Assembly: GCF_006345805.1 (NCBI RefSeq)
Contig: NC_043004.1
Location: 102,362,001 to 102,426,000, forward strand
Length of the DNA: 64,000 nucleotides
From: Octopus sinensis
Taxonomy: Eukaryota
Direction of reading: 5' to 3'
Part shown: piece by piece, positions 40,649-53,770 of the stretch
How the letters are laid out: every line of letters begins with the position of its first letter
Numbering within the stretch: position 1 is the stretch's first letter
Notes under the pieces: generated by a model
Seen by the model: only the letters and a program-made list of their open reading frames with translations
Told to the model about the DNA's origin: nothing
Databases searched by the model: none
Program-made: the position numbers and the translations under genes

Positions 40649-41209
40649 TACTGCGATGTTTATGTCTTTGTAACGCTTCGACAAAAGGAATCGATATAAT
40701 AAGTATCAGACTTTAAAAAGACATATACCGGGTTCCAGTGACTAAAACAATACATAAATAAAGGATACAAACAAAACATTACATTTCTGTCTGGGCCCTC
40801 AATCTTTCACACCAAACTATAAATAACAGTAAAAGCGTACTTAGAATCATCAGACCATAACCACAAGCTACCTAGACAACAAACGAAAAATAATCAAACT
40901 GAAGGACCATCTAAACAGGTGAAGGACCATCTAGCAGATTGGTCTAGCAATCGCCAACCTACATCAATACCTGGCGATACAGTTATAACCCACTCTAAAC
41001 AAACAGAACATTCCTACAACATATTAGACTAAACGTTATCCATCTCTAATGCAGTTCAGACAAGTACAAAAGACGCTTTCGCACGCACACGCATGCGCGC
41101 ACTCATGCAATATTTTCTTTTTTAGAAAATATAACTCCGAACCGACCAGTGACTTGGTATATTTGCGAGTGAATTTGGTTGGCGAAAACCGTGTTGAAGC
41201 CCGCAGTAT

Positions 41210-41242
<33 letters not shown>

Positions 41243-41401
41243 ACACGTGCACACATATGTATATTAATATATATATATATATATATATATTTAGAGAGAG
41301 AGAGAGACAGAGTTCAAATTTACAGTAAACAAAAAGACGAAGACAGGTGTAGGAACATCAAGTAGGTGTATTAGTATAGCGTTCGGGAAGAATGAAAAAG
41401 T

Positions 41402-41437
41402 GTTTTACGTTTCGAGCCTAAGCTCTTCAGCAGAAAG
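41402..41437 (-). ncRNA. Degenerate hammerhead motif, family H2
   Basis: CUUU CUGCUGA A GAGC UUAG GCUC GAAA CG UA AAAC (core A6 changed to C). Flanks homologous to the 32790-32940 element. Confidence 0.5.
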
Positions 41438-41816
41438 GAATAAGAGGGAAAACAGGACAGAGAATGAAAAAGAAAACGGAGAGAGAAAAAAAAAGGTGTA
41501 GGGATTAACGGTTCAACATGTGTGAGTGTGAGTGTGAGTGTGTGTGTGTGTGTGTGGTGTGTGTGTGTGTGTGTGTGTGTTGTGTGTGTGTGTGTGTGTG
41601 TAGTGCATTGCCGGCGATTTTCGCTTGTTTCTCTTTGGACTTTTCCCTTTCCGACGAAGAGCTATGCTCAAAACGTCAACAACTCTTTTCGCCGACCGTC
41701 AAATTAACATATTTCCTGTGCATGTCCTCACATTTGTTTTTGTTTCTTTTTTACTCTGTTTTTTTTTAACTGTTTGTTCTTTGAATTAACTATATAGATT
41801 AGATAGAGAGAGAGAA

Positions 41817-41906
<90 letters not shown>

Positions 41907-41908
41907 GT

Positions 41909-41939
<31 letters not shown>

Positions 41940-42277
41940 TAGACAGAAGATAGATAGATAGATATTCATGTATGAGTGTATTTATGTATATGTCTGTTGT
42001 GTTTGTGTTTTCCTCCCTCCACCGTTTGATAACCGGTGTTAGTTTGTTTACGCTCCCCCCTCCTAATTCAACGGTTCTGCAGCAAAGACGGACTGATTAA
42101 ATACCAGACTTTAAGATGAAAGTACTCTGGGTCAGTTTGTTCCACTAAATCCGATAGGGCGTTGCTCCAGCGTGGTCGCAGTCTGATGAGTGAAACAAGT
42201 GAAAAAGTAAAAGAGCAACTACGTGGCCTTTCAACTTGATGAAAACAGGTTTAGAAACGTGGGTTTGTGTATCTCAC

Positions 42278-42351
42278 CATGTCGTTCGTCTGGTTAACCA
42301 ACGTACTTTTGACCCCTTTTTTTTCTTATCAGGAATGACCGAAAGTAACAT

Positions 42352-42384
<33 letters not shown>

Positions 42385-42385
42385 T

Positions 42386-42416
<31 letters not shown>

Positions 42417-42458
42417 CATCATCATCATCAATCATCATCATCATATCAACATCATCAA

Positions 42459-42496
<38 letters not shown>

Positions 42497-43250
42497 ACAT
42501 CATCATCACGCAGCACCATTGCTACCACTACCACCACTACCGCCACCACCATCACCACCACCCCTAATACGTATCCGATTTTTTTTTTTTTTTGAAGTCA
42601 TTAATGAAAGACAATGAAAAAACAGTTTTGTCTATTTGAAAAAATAAAAAAAACGTTAGTGTTGTTTTTGTTTTTGTATTTTTGATCAGTTGCACAGTTG
42701 CAAAAAGAAAAAGAAAAAAACAAAACGAAAGGAAAAAAAGAAAAATTCGTGGACAACCACGGTGTTGTGTTTAAGGACTTCAAAGTCAAGGACATTAAAA
42801 AAAATACAATAAAATATAATAAAAGAAAAGAGAAGAAAAAAAAGAAAAGAAAGGAAGTAAAAAAAAAGAAGGAAAATAGAGAGATTTAAGGAAAGAAAGA
42901 AAAAAGTAAGATGGAGAGAAATAAAGAAAAAAGAGAAGAAAAAGAAAGAAGGAAAGAAAGAAAGAAAGGAACAGATAAGCTGGTTAAACGGATTGAACGC
43001 AAGGCGTGCTGGAGAGTCGGCTTGAGAGGATTAAAATTTCTCTTAGCCAAGTCAAGTGGGTCGTTGAATTGTTCAAGTCGGCTGTTATGGAGCTTCTGTT
43101 CAAGTGAAAACAATTCGAAAAGGATTAGGTGATGCTGCTGTTGTTGTGAGGAAGAGGGTTCAAGAAAACGTCTGTCTGTCGGTCGGTCGGTCGGTGGTTT
43201 GCCCGCCGCCACCGCCTCCGTCGCCGAGTCAATATTATAATGGGCTGCTT
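42278..43250 (-). other. Candidate first exon / 5' UTR ending in ATG|GTGAGA
   Basis: Unique CpG-enriched region at 43000-43480. Minus strand reads acgaacgacATG|gtgaga at 42280-42272. The upstream boundary is a guess. Confidence 0.25.
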
Positions 43251-43756
43251 AGATAGAAACGAGCATCATTACATGCCGTTAAATTGTCTCACATCGGAGA
43301 GACAGACGGGGGATGCGAAGCAGGACACACTGTGTGTGTGTGTATGTGTTTGCGCGCGAACGTTTGCGCATATATATGAGTGTGAGTGCGTGTGAGTGCG
43401 TGTATATGTATGTGAATGAGTGTGCGCGCGCTTATATGTAAGTGAGCGCGTGTGGGTGGAAGTGAGGGTGTTTTAGGCGGAGAAAAGAGCCTACTTACAG
43501 ACTACCACCGCTGTTGTTAACAAACACCATTACTGCAGTCGATGCAACTTCTGCCGCTGCTGTCATTATTGCAATTGCTGCAACTGCCGCCGCTGCTGCT
43601 GTTCTTGTTATTGCTACTGCTGTCGCTGCTGCTGCTGCTGCTACTGTTGTTGTTACAGCTTCTGTCTGGCCCTGCTATATTCAACATCATCGCACCGAGC
43701 CAACGACGGATCCTCGAAGTGGTCACTCGACTCTGCTAGATATCGCAGCCAAATAC

Positions 43757-44170
43757 CTATTTCTTTACTACCCACAAGGGGCTAAACACAGAAGGGACAA
43801 ACAAGGACAGACACACGGATTAAGTCCATTACATCGACCCCAGTGCGTAACTGGTACTTAATTTATCGACCCCGAAAGGATGAAAGGCAAAGTCGACCTC
43901 GGCGGAATTTGAACTCAGAACGTAGCGCAGACGAAATACTTATTTCTTTACTACCCACAAGGGGATAAACACAGAAGGGGCAAACAAGAACAGACACACG
44001 AATTAAGTCCATAACATCGACCCCAGTGCGTAACTGGTACTTAATTTATCGACCCCGAAAGGATGAAAGGCAAAGTCGACCTCGGCGAAATTTGAACTCA
44101 GAACGTAACGGCAGACGAAATACGGCTACGCATTTCGCCCGGCGCGCTAACGGTTCTGCCAGCTCGCCGC
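43757..44170 (-). mobile_element. SINE family B with a tandem duplication of ~183 bp
   Basis: Full copy 43940-44170 followed by a head-truncated copy 43757-43939. aaatac microhomology at both junctions. Confidence 0.85.
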
Positions 44171-44405
44171 CAAATATCTCTTAAAATAACCATCTACCAT
44201 TTTTATTTTTATTTTTTTTTTTAATGATTCGTTGAATAATGCGATCATAGATGTACTGCATCTTAGAAAAATAACAGGTTGGTCACGAATGGAATGCCTT
44301 CGAGCATAAGAGGGCTTGATCAGAGCCCACCCGGATTACAACAAACTCATAAAATAATTACGTTGTGACATTTGTTGCAGCAGTAGCAGTAGCAGTAGTA
44401 GTGGC

Positions 44406-44456
<51 letters not shown>

Positions 44457-44472
44457 GGTGGTGGTGGTAGTG

Positions 44473-44515
<43 letters not shown>

Positions 44516-44646
44516 ATGATGATGAAGACGATGATAATGTTTAGTCCCAACTTTGAAGGAGCGAGATATATGAGATCAAAGTATTTCAATGTTGACCAGC
44601 CATCAGCTTTATTTATTTATTATTTATTTATTTATTTAAGGTGTTG

Positions 44647-44803
44647 GAGTGGCTGTGTGATAAGTAGCTTGCTAACGAACCACCTGGTTCTGTGTTCAGT
44701 CCCACTGCGTGGCAGCTTGGGCAAGTGTCTTCTACTATAGCCTCGGGCCGACCAAAGCCTTATGAGGTGGGTTTGGTAGACGGAAACTGAAAGAAGCCTG
44801 TCG

Positions 44804-44876
<73 letters not shown>

Positions 44877-44888
44877 ATGTGTGTGTGT

Positions 44889-44939
<51 letters not shown>

Positions 44940-45146
44940 TTTATGTGTCTGTGTTTGTCCCGGCAACATCGCTTCACAGCCGATGCTAGTGTGTTTACGT
45001 CCCCGTAACATTAGCGGTTTGGCAAAAGAGACCGATAGCATAAGTACTAGGCTTACAAAGAATAAGTCCTGGAGTCCATTTGCTCGACTTATGGCGGTGC
45101 TCCAGCATGGCCATAGTTAAATGACTGAAACAAGTAAACGAGTAAA
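44647..45146 (+). mobile_element. SINE family A with expanded internal microsatellite
   Basis: Head, CORE-like motif and tail recognisable. Confidence 0.88.
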
Positions 45147-45722
45147 TAGAAAGAGAGAGAGAGCTACATTAATCAATTTGTCCTTCTTTTATAAAACAGT
45201 AGTGTGAGATCGAGTTGCGATCTAGTTGCTATTACTTGCATATGGAGAAAAAGTCATCGATAGCCTATAATTCATAGAAAGCGAAGGGCCCAAGGATAAG
45301 GATTTGGAAACACTGCAATGTAAATACTTGGTTATTAACTCACTGGAAAGCTGACAGAATAGTAAATCATACTTTTTGGTGAATATTTCTCAATACAACT
45401 ATATCCTGCACCCGTAGTTAGGCGATCGGAGTCGATACTTTGGCGTGTATAAGTTGCAGTAGTGGTTGAAAAGTCCATAGGCTGACTGTGAAGGAGTGAT
45501 GCTAAAGCTGTGAGAACTTGCATGTTTTAATTTCAACCCAACTTCTTAATAACTATATTGTTTCCATTCAGGTAAACTGACGACTGATTGTTCAAAGAAG
45601 ACTTCAAAGGTAACTAACAACCACTTCTCTGGAAAACAGACAAAATCTGGCATCGTGGTATTATCGTATCGCTGCTGTTTAAACGGTAAACCAGGCAGGC
45701 AATGGTCTGTCAGAATCGTTAG

Positions 45723-45922
45723 GGCGGCGACCTGGCAGAAACGTTAGCACGCTGGGCGAAATGCTTAGCGGTACGTTCTAGGTTCAAATTCCGCCGAGGT
45801 CGACTTTGCCTTTCATCCTTTCAGGGTCGATTAAATAAGTGCCAGTTACGCACTGGGGTCGATATAATCGACTTAATCCCTTTGTCTGTCCTTGTTTGTC
45901 CCCATGTGGGCAATAAAGAAAT
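45723..45922 (+). mobile_element. SINE family B
   Basis: 12-bp TSD CAGAATCGTTAG at 45711-45722 and 45923-45934. Confidence 0.88.
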
Positions 45923-47778
45923 CAGAATCGTTAGAGCATCGGACAAAATGTCTGCAGTATTTAGTTATAGTCCTTCTACGTCTTGAGTTTAAATCTCACC
46001 GAAGTATAATTTGTGTTTGACCCTTCCGAGATCGATGAAATAATTATAATTCTGGAACAAGACCAACGATTCTAGGAAGAAGCACAACATTAGCACAATG
46101 CCAGCAATTGTAGGAAGTAGATGTTAGTCAATTACTTCGACCTCAGTACTTGACTAGTACTTTATTTTATCCACCAAGTAAGTATGAGCGGCAAAATTAT
46201 TTCGACGGATTTGAACTCAGATCGTATGGGATCGATGAACTAAACGCATCCCTCATTGACTTATGGTGTGAAGAATTGATTGTTTAATTTTCATCGGCTG
46301 CTTCCTGCTAGCTGGCTTTACTGTTTACAAATCCCATGAAGTCCTCAATTTTAGTCACACTACCGATGGAGTGTTACGTGAGATTTGTTTAGATTTCCAT
46401 TCAGGTTTAATTTTTTTTAAATCTAAGATGAATGACAAATGAAATAAAATGGTGGGAGGGGGAGCTTGATCGATTTGAAGAAGTGAAAACGACGGCGGCA
46501 AAGCAATGGCAACGGCGGTCGTAATGGTGGTATTGATGGTAAATGATGAAGAGTGTCCCTTGTTGAGAAAGTCAAGTGTTGATGCGGATTTAGGGGACAA
46601 TGGAACAATGACTGTTTTATAAAAGATTAGCAACAAATGCAGACAGATTTCAAAAGAGTGAAATGTCGCTGTCACTCAAAATTTTGTTTTATGTTGTTGT
46701 CTTCTTTTTCATTTTTTATTTTTATTTTTATTTTTTTACTCTCTGATAATATAGATTAAAAAGAATTATGATTCCAACAGTAAGAATTCTGCATTTTCGG
46801 CAGAATTAACGGTACCATGTTAATTACCGAAGATTTTGCTGCTATTTCTAATGGGTCAAACACCGACATTGAGGCTCCCTCAAAGTTTGTATAGTATAAC
46901 TGAGAGCCTTACTGTAATAATTTCCATCCTTATGGGACTACTGGTTGAATTTTCAGGAATCTGGAAACATTTACAAGAACATTCCGCTCCTTAGCGCAAG
47001 TGGAGTTCAGTAATGGCTTTTAGACTCACGTTAAGGGTTGTTGAGGTTATATATTTGGAGAGAGGTATGTAAAAGACTAGAAACCGGTTCAGGCGGTTCG
47101 AACAGTTTGACAGATATCGAGTGAATTCTCCGAATGCACTAAAATGGACATGGAACATCAACATCAGATCATCTGGATAGTATCATGATAGAGTATTTAT
47201 AAGATCACTGGAAAGTGTAGGGTCCACAGTAAAAGCCAGTTTGTGGTCTGCACCGCTAACTGGCCAGGGTAGGACGTATAATCAGGGAACCAACACCCAA
47301 AGTAAACGGATTAATAAGGTTGCAGAGGGGCGCTCTGAAATGGCTGGTTAGAACAGAATCAGTTACATATAGCAGAGAAATATAGACAGAGATAAATAGG
47401 TTCGAAGTGAATCATGAGAGTAAATTAGAAGACGCACTTAGGGAAGGCGCACTTAGGGAAGGAAATGACCCCGACGAAAATGGGTTTCAATCATTTCTTC
47501 AATGTGAAACATGAAAGTTGTGTTGTCTGAGCTAAGACAACACAGCATTATTTCATAGGAACGAAAACCGTTCGTTGGGCCTCAGTGGTTGAGGATCAAC
47601 AATTTGGTCTTTGACGGACCGAATGCTCACTTGTGACGACAGTTGGATAATACATTGAATTTCTATTGAGGAATGACGCAAGCTGTTTCAGTACTTGTAA
47701 ATTTTGAAATAAAGTCTTCAGTTGTGCAATCTGTTAAAATATGGAGTAATTCTGTCAAATTATTGACTGTCATTGCAG

Positions 47779-47856
47779 GGCGGCGATGTCCTTGGCCTCT
47801 GCGCTTCAGATATATCGAGACAGGGTGGTGAAGTTTGAGGCCAAGAAACAAGTAAA
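47779..47856 (+). CDS. Candidate 78-nt internal coding exon (unknown protein, AAMSLASALQIYRDRVVKFEAKKQV)
   Basis: tgtcattgcag| acceptor and |gtgaga donor. Open frame, symmetric phase, GC-richer than flanks. No homology recognised. Confidence 0.3.
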
Positions 47857-48341
47857 GTGAGAATAAGTTGTAATTTTATTGACACACCGATTCCATATTC
47901 TTATGGATTCATTTTGGAAAACTTTAAATTGAATACATATCCCAAGACACTGTTCACAAATTTGAATTCTCGACTAAAAGCACGCAGAGTAGCCTGCCTA
48001 TTCGACGAATATACACCTTGAGTGAAGACTCTGCCTTACCTTTTAGTGTTGGTAGCATCTTACACCTTATTCCGTATTCCGGCCAATAAAGTATGACTCT
48101 ACAGACTGCCAAATGGGTGTGACTTTCTCTAACACTTGTATACAAATTTACCTTCATGAAACATGTCGGAATGCTTTAAGACGTACCGCGTTAGTGTAAA
48201 AATTTGAATAAAGCAGTAGTAAATGATTGCCGTTAAAATATGTGAGTGATTACTCGCGTGAGTGCGTGTGCATTTGTATTGTATATGCTTTGCTGTCGTG
48301 TGTATAGGGTCATTATTGAATGTGCATGTGCATACATATAC

Positions 48342-48488
48342 CAGAGGGTGCTTAAATGTTCCTGTCTTTGGGTAGCAGAAAATACAAGAGGATCACTTAA
48401 TTATGATTTTATTCAACATATTCTTCTATCAGATTCACACTCTTAATGCAGCGGTCCTTCAGTTTTTTACGCCCTGTAAAAGAACTCA
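48342..48488 (+). mobile_element. Mariner-type MITE left-end fragment
   Basis: gagggtgcttaaatgttcct start resembles the Mariner-type TIRs at 8992/9870. Confidence 0.45.
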
Positions 48489-48519
48489 TATATACATATA
48501 TACCTATATACATACATAT

Positions 48520-48570
<51 letters not shown>

Positions 48571-48573
48571 ATC

Positions 48574-48626
<53 letters not shown>

Positions 48627-48640
48627 ATATATATATATAT

Positions 48641-49043
48641 ACTCTTTTACTTGTTTCAGTCATTTGACTGCGGCCATGCTGGAGCACCGCCTTTAGTCGA
48701 GCAAATCGACCCCAGGACTTATTCCTTGGAAGCCTAGTACTCTATCGGTCTCTTTTCCCGAACCGCTAAGTTACGGGGACGTAAACGCACCACCATCGGA
48801 TGTTAAGTGATGCTGGGGGGGGACAAACACAGGCACACAAACATAGACACACACACATATACATATACATATACATATATATACATATATACGACGGGCT
48901 TCTTTCAGTTTCCGTCTACCAAATCCACTCACAAGGCTTTGGTCGGCCCGAGGCTATAGTAGAAGACACTTGTCCAAGGTGCCACGCAGTGGGACTGAAC
49001 CCGGAACCACGTGGTTGGTAAGCAAGCTACTTACCATACAGCC
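48641..49043 (-). mobile_element. SINE family A
   Basis: Full-length homology. Confidence 0.9.
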
Positions 49044-49334
49044 CCACCTGTTTTGTATCTGGTTTGCAAATGATTCCTTATGTGAATTTGTTTCAATAGC
49101 GGGCAGTCAAGTCAAAATCCATTGATACGGTCGCAAATGCAGCGACGGAAAAGCTTTCTGGAATAAATAAATAAATAACTGAGTGGAAATTGAACCGGTG
49201 AGTGTGTTATATATCAATGTATTATGACTCTCCCTAGACACAACAACATGTGTGTGTGTATGTATGTATGTATGTATGTATGTATGTATGTATGTATGTA
49301 TGTATGTATGTATGTATGTATGAATGTATGTACA

Positions 49335-49752
49335 TCTTTTACTCTTTTACTCTTTTACTTGTTTCAGTCATTTTGACTGCGGCCATGCTGGAGCACCGCC
49401 TTTAGTCGAGCAAATCGACCCCGGGACTTATTCTTTGTAAGCCCAGTACTTGTTCTATCGGTCTCTTTTGCCGAACCGCTAAGTGACGGGGACGTAAACA
49501 CACCAGCATCGGTTGTCAAGCAATGCTAGGGGGACAAACACAGACACACAAACACACACACACATATACATATATATATATACATACATATCTACGACAG
49601 GCTTCTTTCAGTTTCCGTCTACCAAATCCACTCACAAGGCATTGGTCGGCCCGGGGCTATAGCAGAAGACACTTGCCCAAGATGCCACGCAGTGGGACTG
49701 AACCCGGAACCATGTGGTTGGTTAGCAAGCTACTTACCACACAGCCTCTCCT
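49335..49752 (-). mobile_element. SINE family A (young subfamily)
   Basis: Near-identical to the 2228, 17403 and 55056 copies. Confidence 0.9.
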
Positions 49753-50056
49753 ATATAATTTCAAAGTCAACAAATGGAGATCCCATGTAAAGGAAAATAG
49801 CTTTCATAGCTTTCTGCACGTTTTGGTGTAGTAGAGGTGAGCAAGAAATTTAGACAAAACAAAAAAAACAAAAACAAAAACAAACAAAAAACATGAACGT
49901 TATTTATAGAAACTTGTCCCCGTTTCGTAATTCAATGGTTCTGAGCACAAATAAACATCTGTTTACATTTATTAATTACTCCATGTAATACAATACACCT
50001 TATGAATAACAACTGACAGATAGACATTACACAAATGCACACATACATGTATATAA

Positions 50057-50176
<120 letters not shown>

Positions 50177-50445
50177 ATATTACATATACACGTGTTTGAA
50201 TATAGTTTTGTGTATTAAATTAGATTACAGACTTATGTCTTAAGTTTCTGTGCAGCCTGCCTCATGCAGCGACAGCTGCGCTCGCTCGTCAGTGGTTTCT
50301 ATGTGTATATGTGTGTGTGTGTGTGAGAGAGTTTGTGTGTAGATGTGTGTGTGTGTGTGTGTGTGTATGTGTGTGTGTGTGTGTGTGTTGTGTGTGTGTG
50401 TGTGTGTGTGTCTGTGTGTGTGTATACACATGCATACATACATAC

Positions 50446-50518
<73 letters not shown>

Positions 50519-50928
50519 TGTGTGTGTGCGTGCTTGTGCGTGCCTTCATGCGTGCATGTGTAAGCGTAGATCCCGGTGACGGCCCAGTCACAAAATTACC
50601 AGACATTCAGCCTAATGGAGAGCATACTACAGCAGCATAGCATTTAGAATGATGATGATGATGATGAGGAGGAGGAGGAGGAGGAGGAGGAGGAGGAGGA
50701 GGAGGAGGAGGTTGATGATGATGATATATGTATATGAAAAAAAAAAATAAAAGGTTATGCACAATATGCAGTCGATAACATTTGATTCCTACGGATGTTT
50801 TGCTTTAGCTATTTCCATCTTCTGCAATGGGTGTTGGAGCGAAAATTTTGTGAATGGGTTCGTCGACGTGAAGTGCATGCTCACTGATGAGTGTCCAATC
50901 CTATACCGGACAAGTAGATCCGGTCACA

Positions 50929-51160
50929 GATTCCCCATGGTTGGGACACTCAACAACTGGTTCAGGACCAAATGGTGGTGCAGATGTATCTCGTCAGGTG
51001 ATAAATAAATACAACTCGTTAAAATAACCGTTCTGCTTTTCTTTCTGCAAAACGGGAACAGTTATTTTAACGAGTTGTATGTATTTATCACCCGACGAGA
51101 TACATCTGCACCACCGGATGCTCCTGAACCAGTTGTTGAGTGTCCCGCCCATGAGGAATC
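50929..51160. repeat. ~232-bp fold-back palindrome
   Basis: gggacactcaacaactggttcagga..ggtggtgcagatgtatctcgtc..aactcgttaaaataac is inverted around a ~30-nt centre. Confidence 0.88.
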
Positions 51161-51663
51161 GATGCTAGATGTGTCTAAGCAACCGTCGTGATTAATGATA
51201 AATTCTCGTATATTCCATCTTCTGTTTTTCATTTGCCATACACACACACAAGCAATGCATCACGGCGTTGCCCAGATGTTTTTAACCTACAGCCACATTG
51301 TATTATTTGTTTCTTTCTTATAGGTAGAATCGGCACACTAGAAGCGTGAAGCAAACAGCTCTTTTTTATAAACATATTTTACGATCATTTTTGTGATGAA
51401 CAATGCTGAAATTGTTGTCACCAAAAACATGTAGAATAGCAGCTTAGATTAGAATGAAATCCTAAAAATGCCCCCAAAATGACCTAGACTTACGGATGTA
51501 AAGAATTTGATGACGAATGAGAACATAGAAGTATCCGTATTGCAGAAAGTAAGATACCTGGAAAGAAAGCTGCTTCATTGTGAAAAGCACCATCTCTGTA
51601 ATGCTTGGGCAGACTGCACACTTCAACATATGTTAAGTGAAGTCGACAATGCTTCTGGGTAAA

Positions 51664-53770
51664 TTATGTTTTGCGTAATCCAGTTTTGGTAGAATAAAGA
51701 TACAAGTCATCTGCACTGTTAACTCGATAGCATGCGATATATAGTTGTCCACGAGAAAAGCAGGGTAGTTGTAAATTGAGACACACAATTTTTAAAGTTC
51801 GACTCTGGGCTTTGTTGATAGTCATAGCGAAGCACAATCGCACTGGGAACTGGAGGCGCTTGAATTGAAAAGGCACATTTGAGTGGATAAGGGGCATGCG
51901 TGGAATGTATACGATCTCTCCTCGATGGTAGCCGGCTATAGTGGTTGCTTCTAGAACATGATTTGTTATTGTAGTTATAATCAATCTTGTACCATTACAT
52001 AGTCGTGGTGGCTCCAAATTCCTCAAAAGCATGATAGGTGCACCTTTCTTTAGGAACAACTTATGAGGTGGCAGTCCTGTGAGTTGTAGAGAGTTGAGAA
52101 ATTCAAATAGATACTCCACAGCGGCATGTTCGTCGATGGTCGTATGAATGGAGACAAACGTTGAAGCATCTCCAAGTAAAATGTGGAGGAGTTCATGGTT
52201 TACTTTATCAACGCTTTCATTCCAAGATGCTAAAATAGCTCTCTCTACGAACCATGCTTTGTTTTTGAAGTTGTCTTGCAATGTGGGAAATGCCTTTTCT
52301 TTAAGTTCAGCCAATGTAGACACCATGTGTCTACATTGCAATACATGCTGTTGCAGGTTGTTATTCAACAGTAAGGCGCCATTTCCAATTTGTAGAAGGT
52401 GATGAAAGAATTCCTCAGCTAAGGAGTCGTTGTAGAGATGAGCTCGCATATTTTTGCTTAATGAAAGGTGGCGAACAAACCTCCACAGAGGTGAAGACTT
52501 CTTCAGACACACATAGATCTCATTAGCTCGCGTACCCCGTGGTATGACCAGTCATATTTGACGGAAGTCCCCTGCAAGGACAACAGTTAAGCCCCCCATA
52601 ATGGCAGTATTGCTTCTAATAGCTCTTGGTGACCTATCTAGTGCTTCTAGTGCACCACAGTATGCCATCGTGCATTCATCCCAGATAATAAGTGTAGTTT
52701 GGAGCAGAACTTCCGTCGTCAGTGATCGTTTTGAAATATTGCACATTTGGGCATCCATTGAAGTCAAATTGAAAGGTAATTTCAAAAGTTGCCGCTGTCC
52801 CTGATGATGCAACTGCAATCACTATGTTTTCCATCTGCCATATTTTTGCCAGGAGTAGGTTAAGTAGAAACGTTTTCCCCGTTCTTCTTGATACATCAAT
52901 GAAGAAAAGACGTCCCTCTCCTTTAAGATAGACACTACTATTTCATTGCAAACAAACCTTTGCTCAGCTTGTAATAATGGTTCACTTTCAAGTTGTTTTT
53001 TCAGGGCATCCAAGTCGTATGCTCTTTCTCGAATGACTTCTCTTGAAAGGCCGTGATGTTCAGCTGAAGGTGTTGGAATGCCGTAGTCGGATAAGCTTTT
53101 GACCCACCCACCCAATGGAATTAAGCATGTCTTGTAAATTCCGAAATGCTTCGTTGTATATAACATCCGAGTAGGAGACACTTGGCCCATGCAACCGTCG
53201 AACTTCATGAAGAATGTCATCAGATAGGCTGTCTTTGTGGTCTTCCCAAAGTTGTAGTGGATTCGGTAAATCGCAATGGTAAAACATGATGACGAAGAAT
53301 ATTTTTAGTTGGTAAGCTGTGCATGCGGTTGCTGCGTCAGAAAGAGCTAAACTCCAGTGACCGCCATCTTCGAGATGACTTGACAGTTGGCAGGCTTGTC
53401 AAAATGCTTCGCAAGTCAAGGAGTTTACTATTTTAAGGTCTTTGAATGACGTTGGTCCAGGAACTTTGTGGAGGAGCATCCGCAGACAGTAGTATTCGAA
53501 GGTTTTGGGGTGGAGCATATAAACTCAACCTAGAGCATTACTGTTTTTTTTTTTAATGTGTGGATGCCCTTCGACGGTTACACCAAGCTTTCTCCTCTTC
53601 AACCTCTTAACATGGTTATTCCAGGTGTAATACTTCGGTACGTCTGGGCAGAATATGGTCACGGCGAATGGGCCATATCTACACAAGTCAAAGAATACTG
53701 CGAGAGTTGTCGCCTGTGGCGTATATATTTGTCCTCTAACTCTTTCGGCATTCAATGGATCACTTTACGC
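51664..53770 (-). mobile_element. Decayed autonomous Helitron Rep-Hel ORF (linker plus PIF1 helicase)
   Basis: TTLAVFFDLC..VPKYYTWN; EYYCLRMLLHKVPGPTSF; LWEDHKDSLSDDIL; IIWDECTM..ALEALDR..GGLTVVLAGDFRQ; PIMLLRNLEPPRLCNGTRL; KRLQFPVRLCFAMTINKAQ; QLYIACYRV. Many stops and frameshifts. Confidence 0.92.

Noticed and set aside
49523-49831. Recurrent ORFs of type MLGGQTQTH...RQASFSFRLPNPLTRHWSARGYSRR (also at 5481, 17576, 55224)
   Set aside because: Antisense translations of SINE family A.
50255-50296. CUGACGA followed by a GCGA/UCGC stem (minus)
   Set aside because: No GAAA follows the stem, so the hammerhead core is incomplete.
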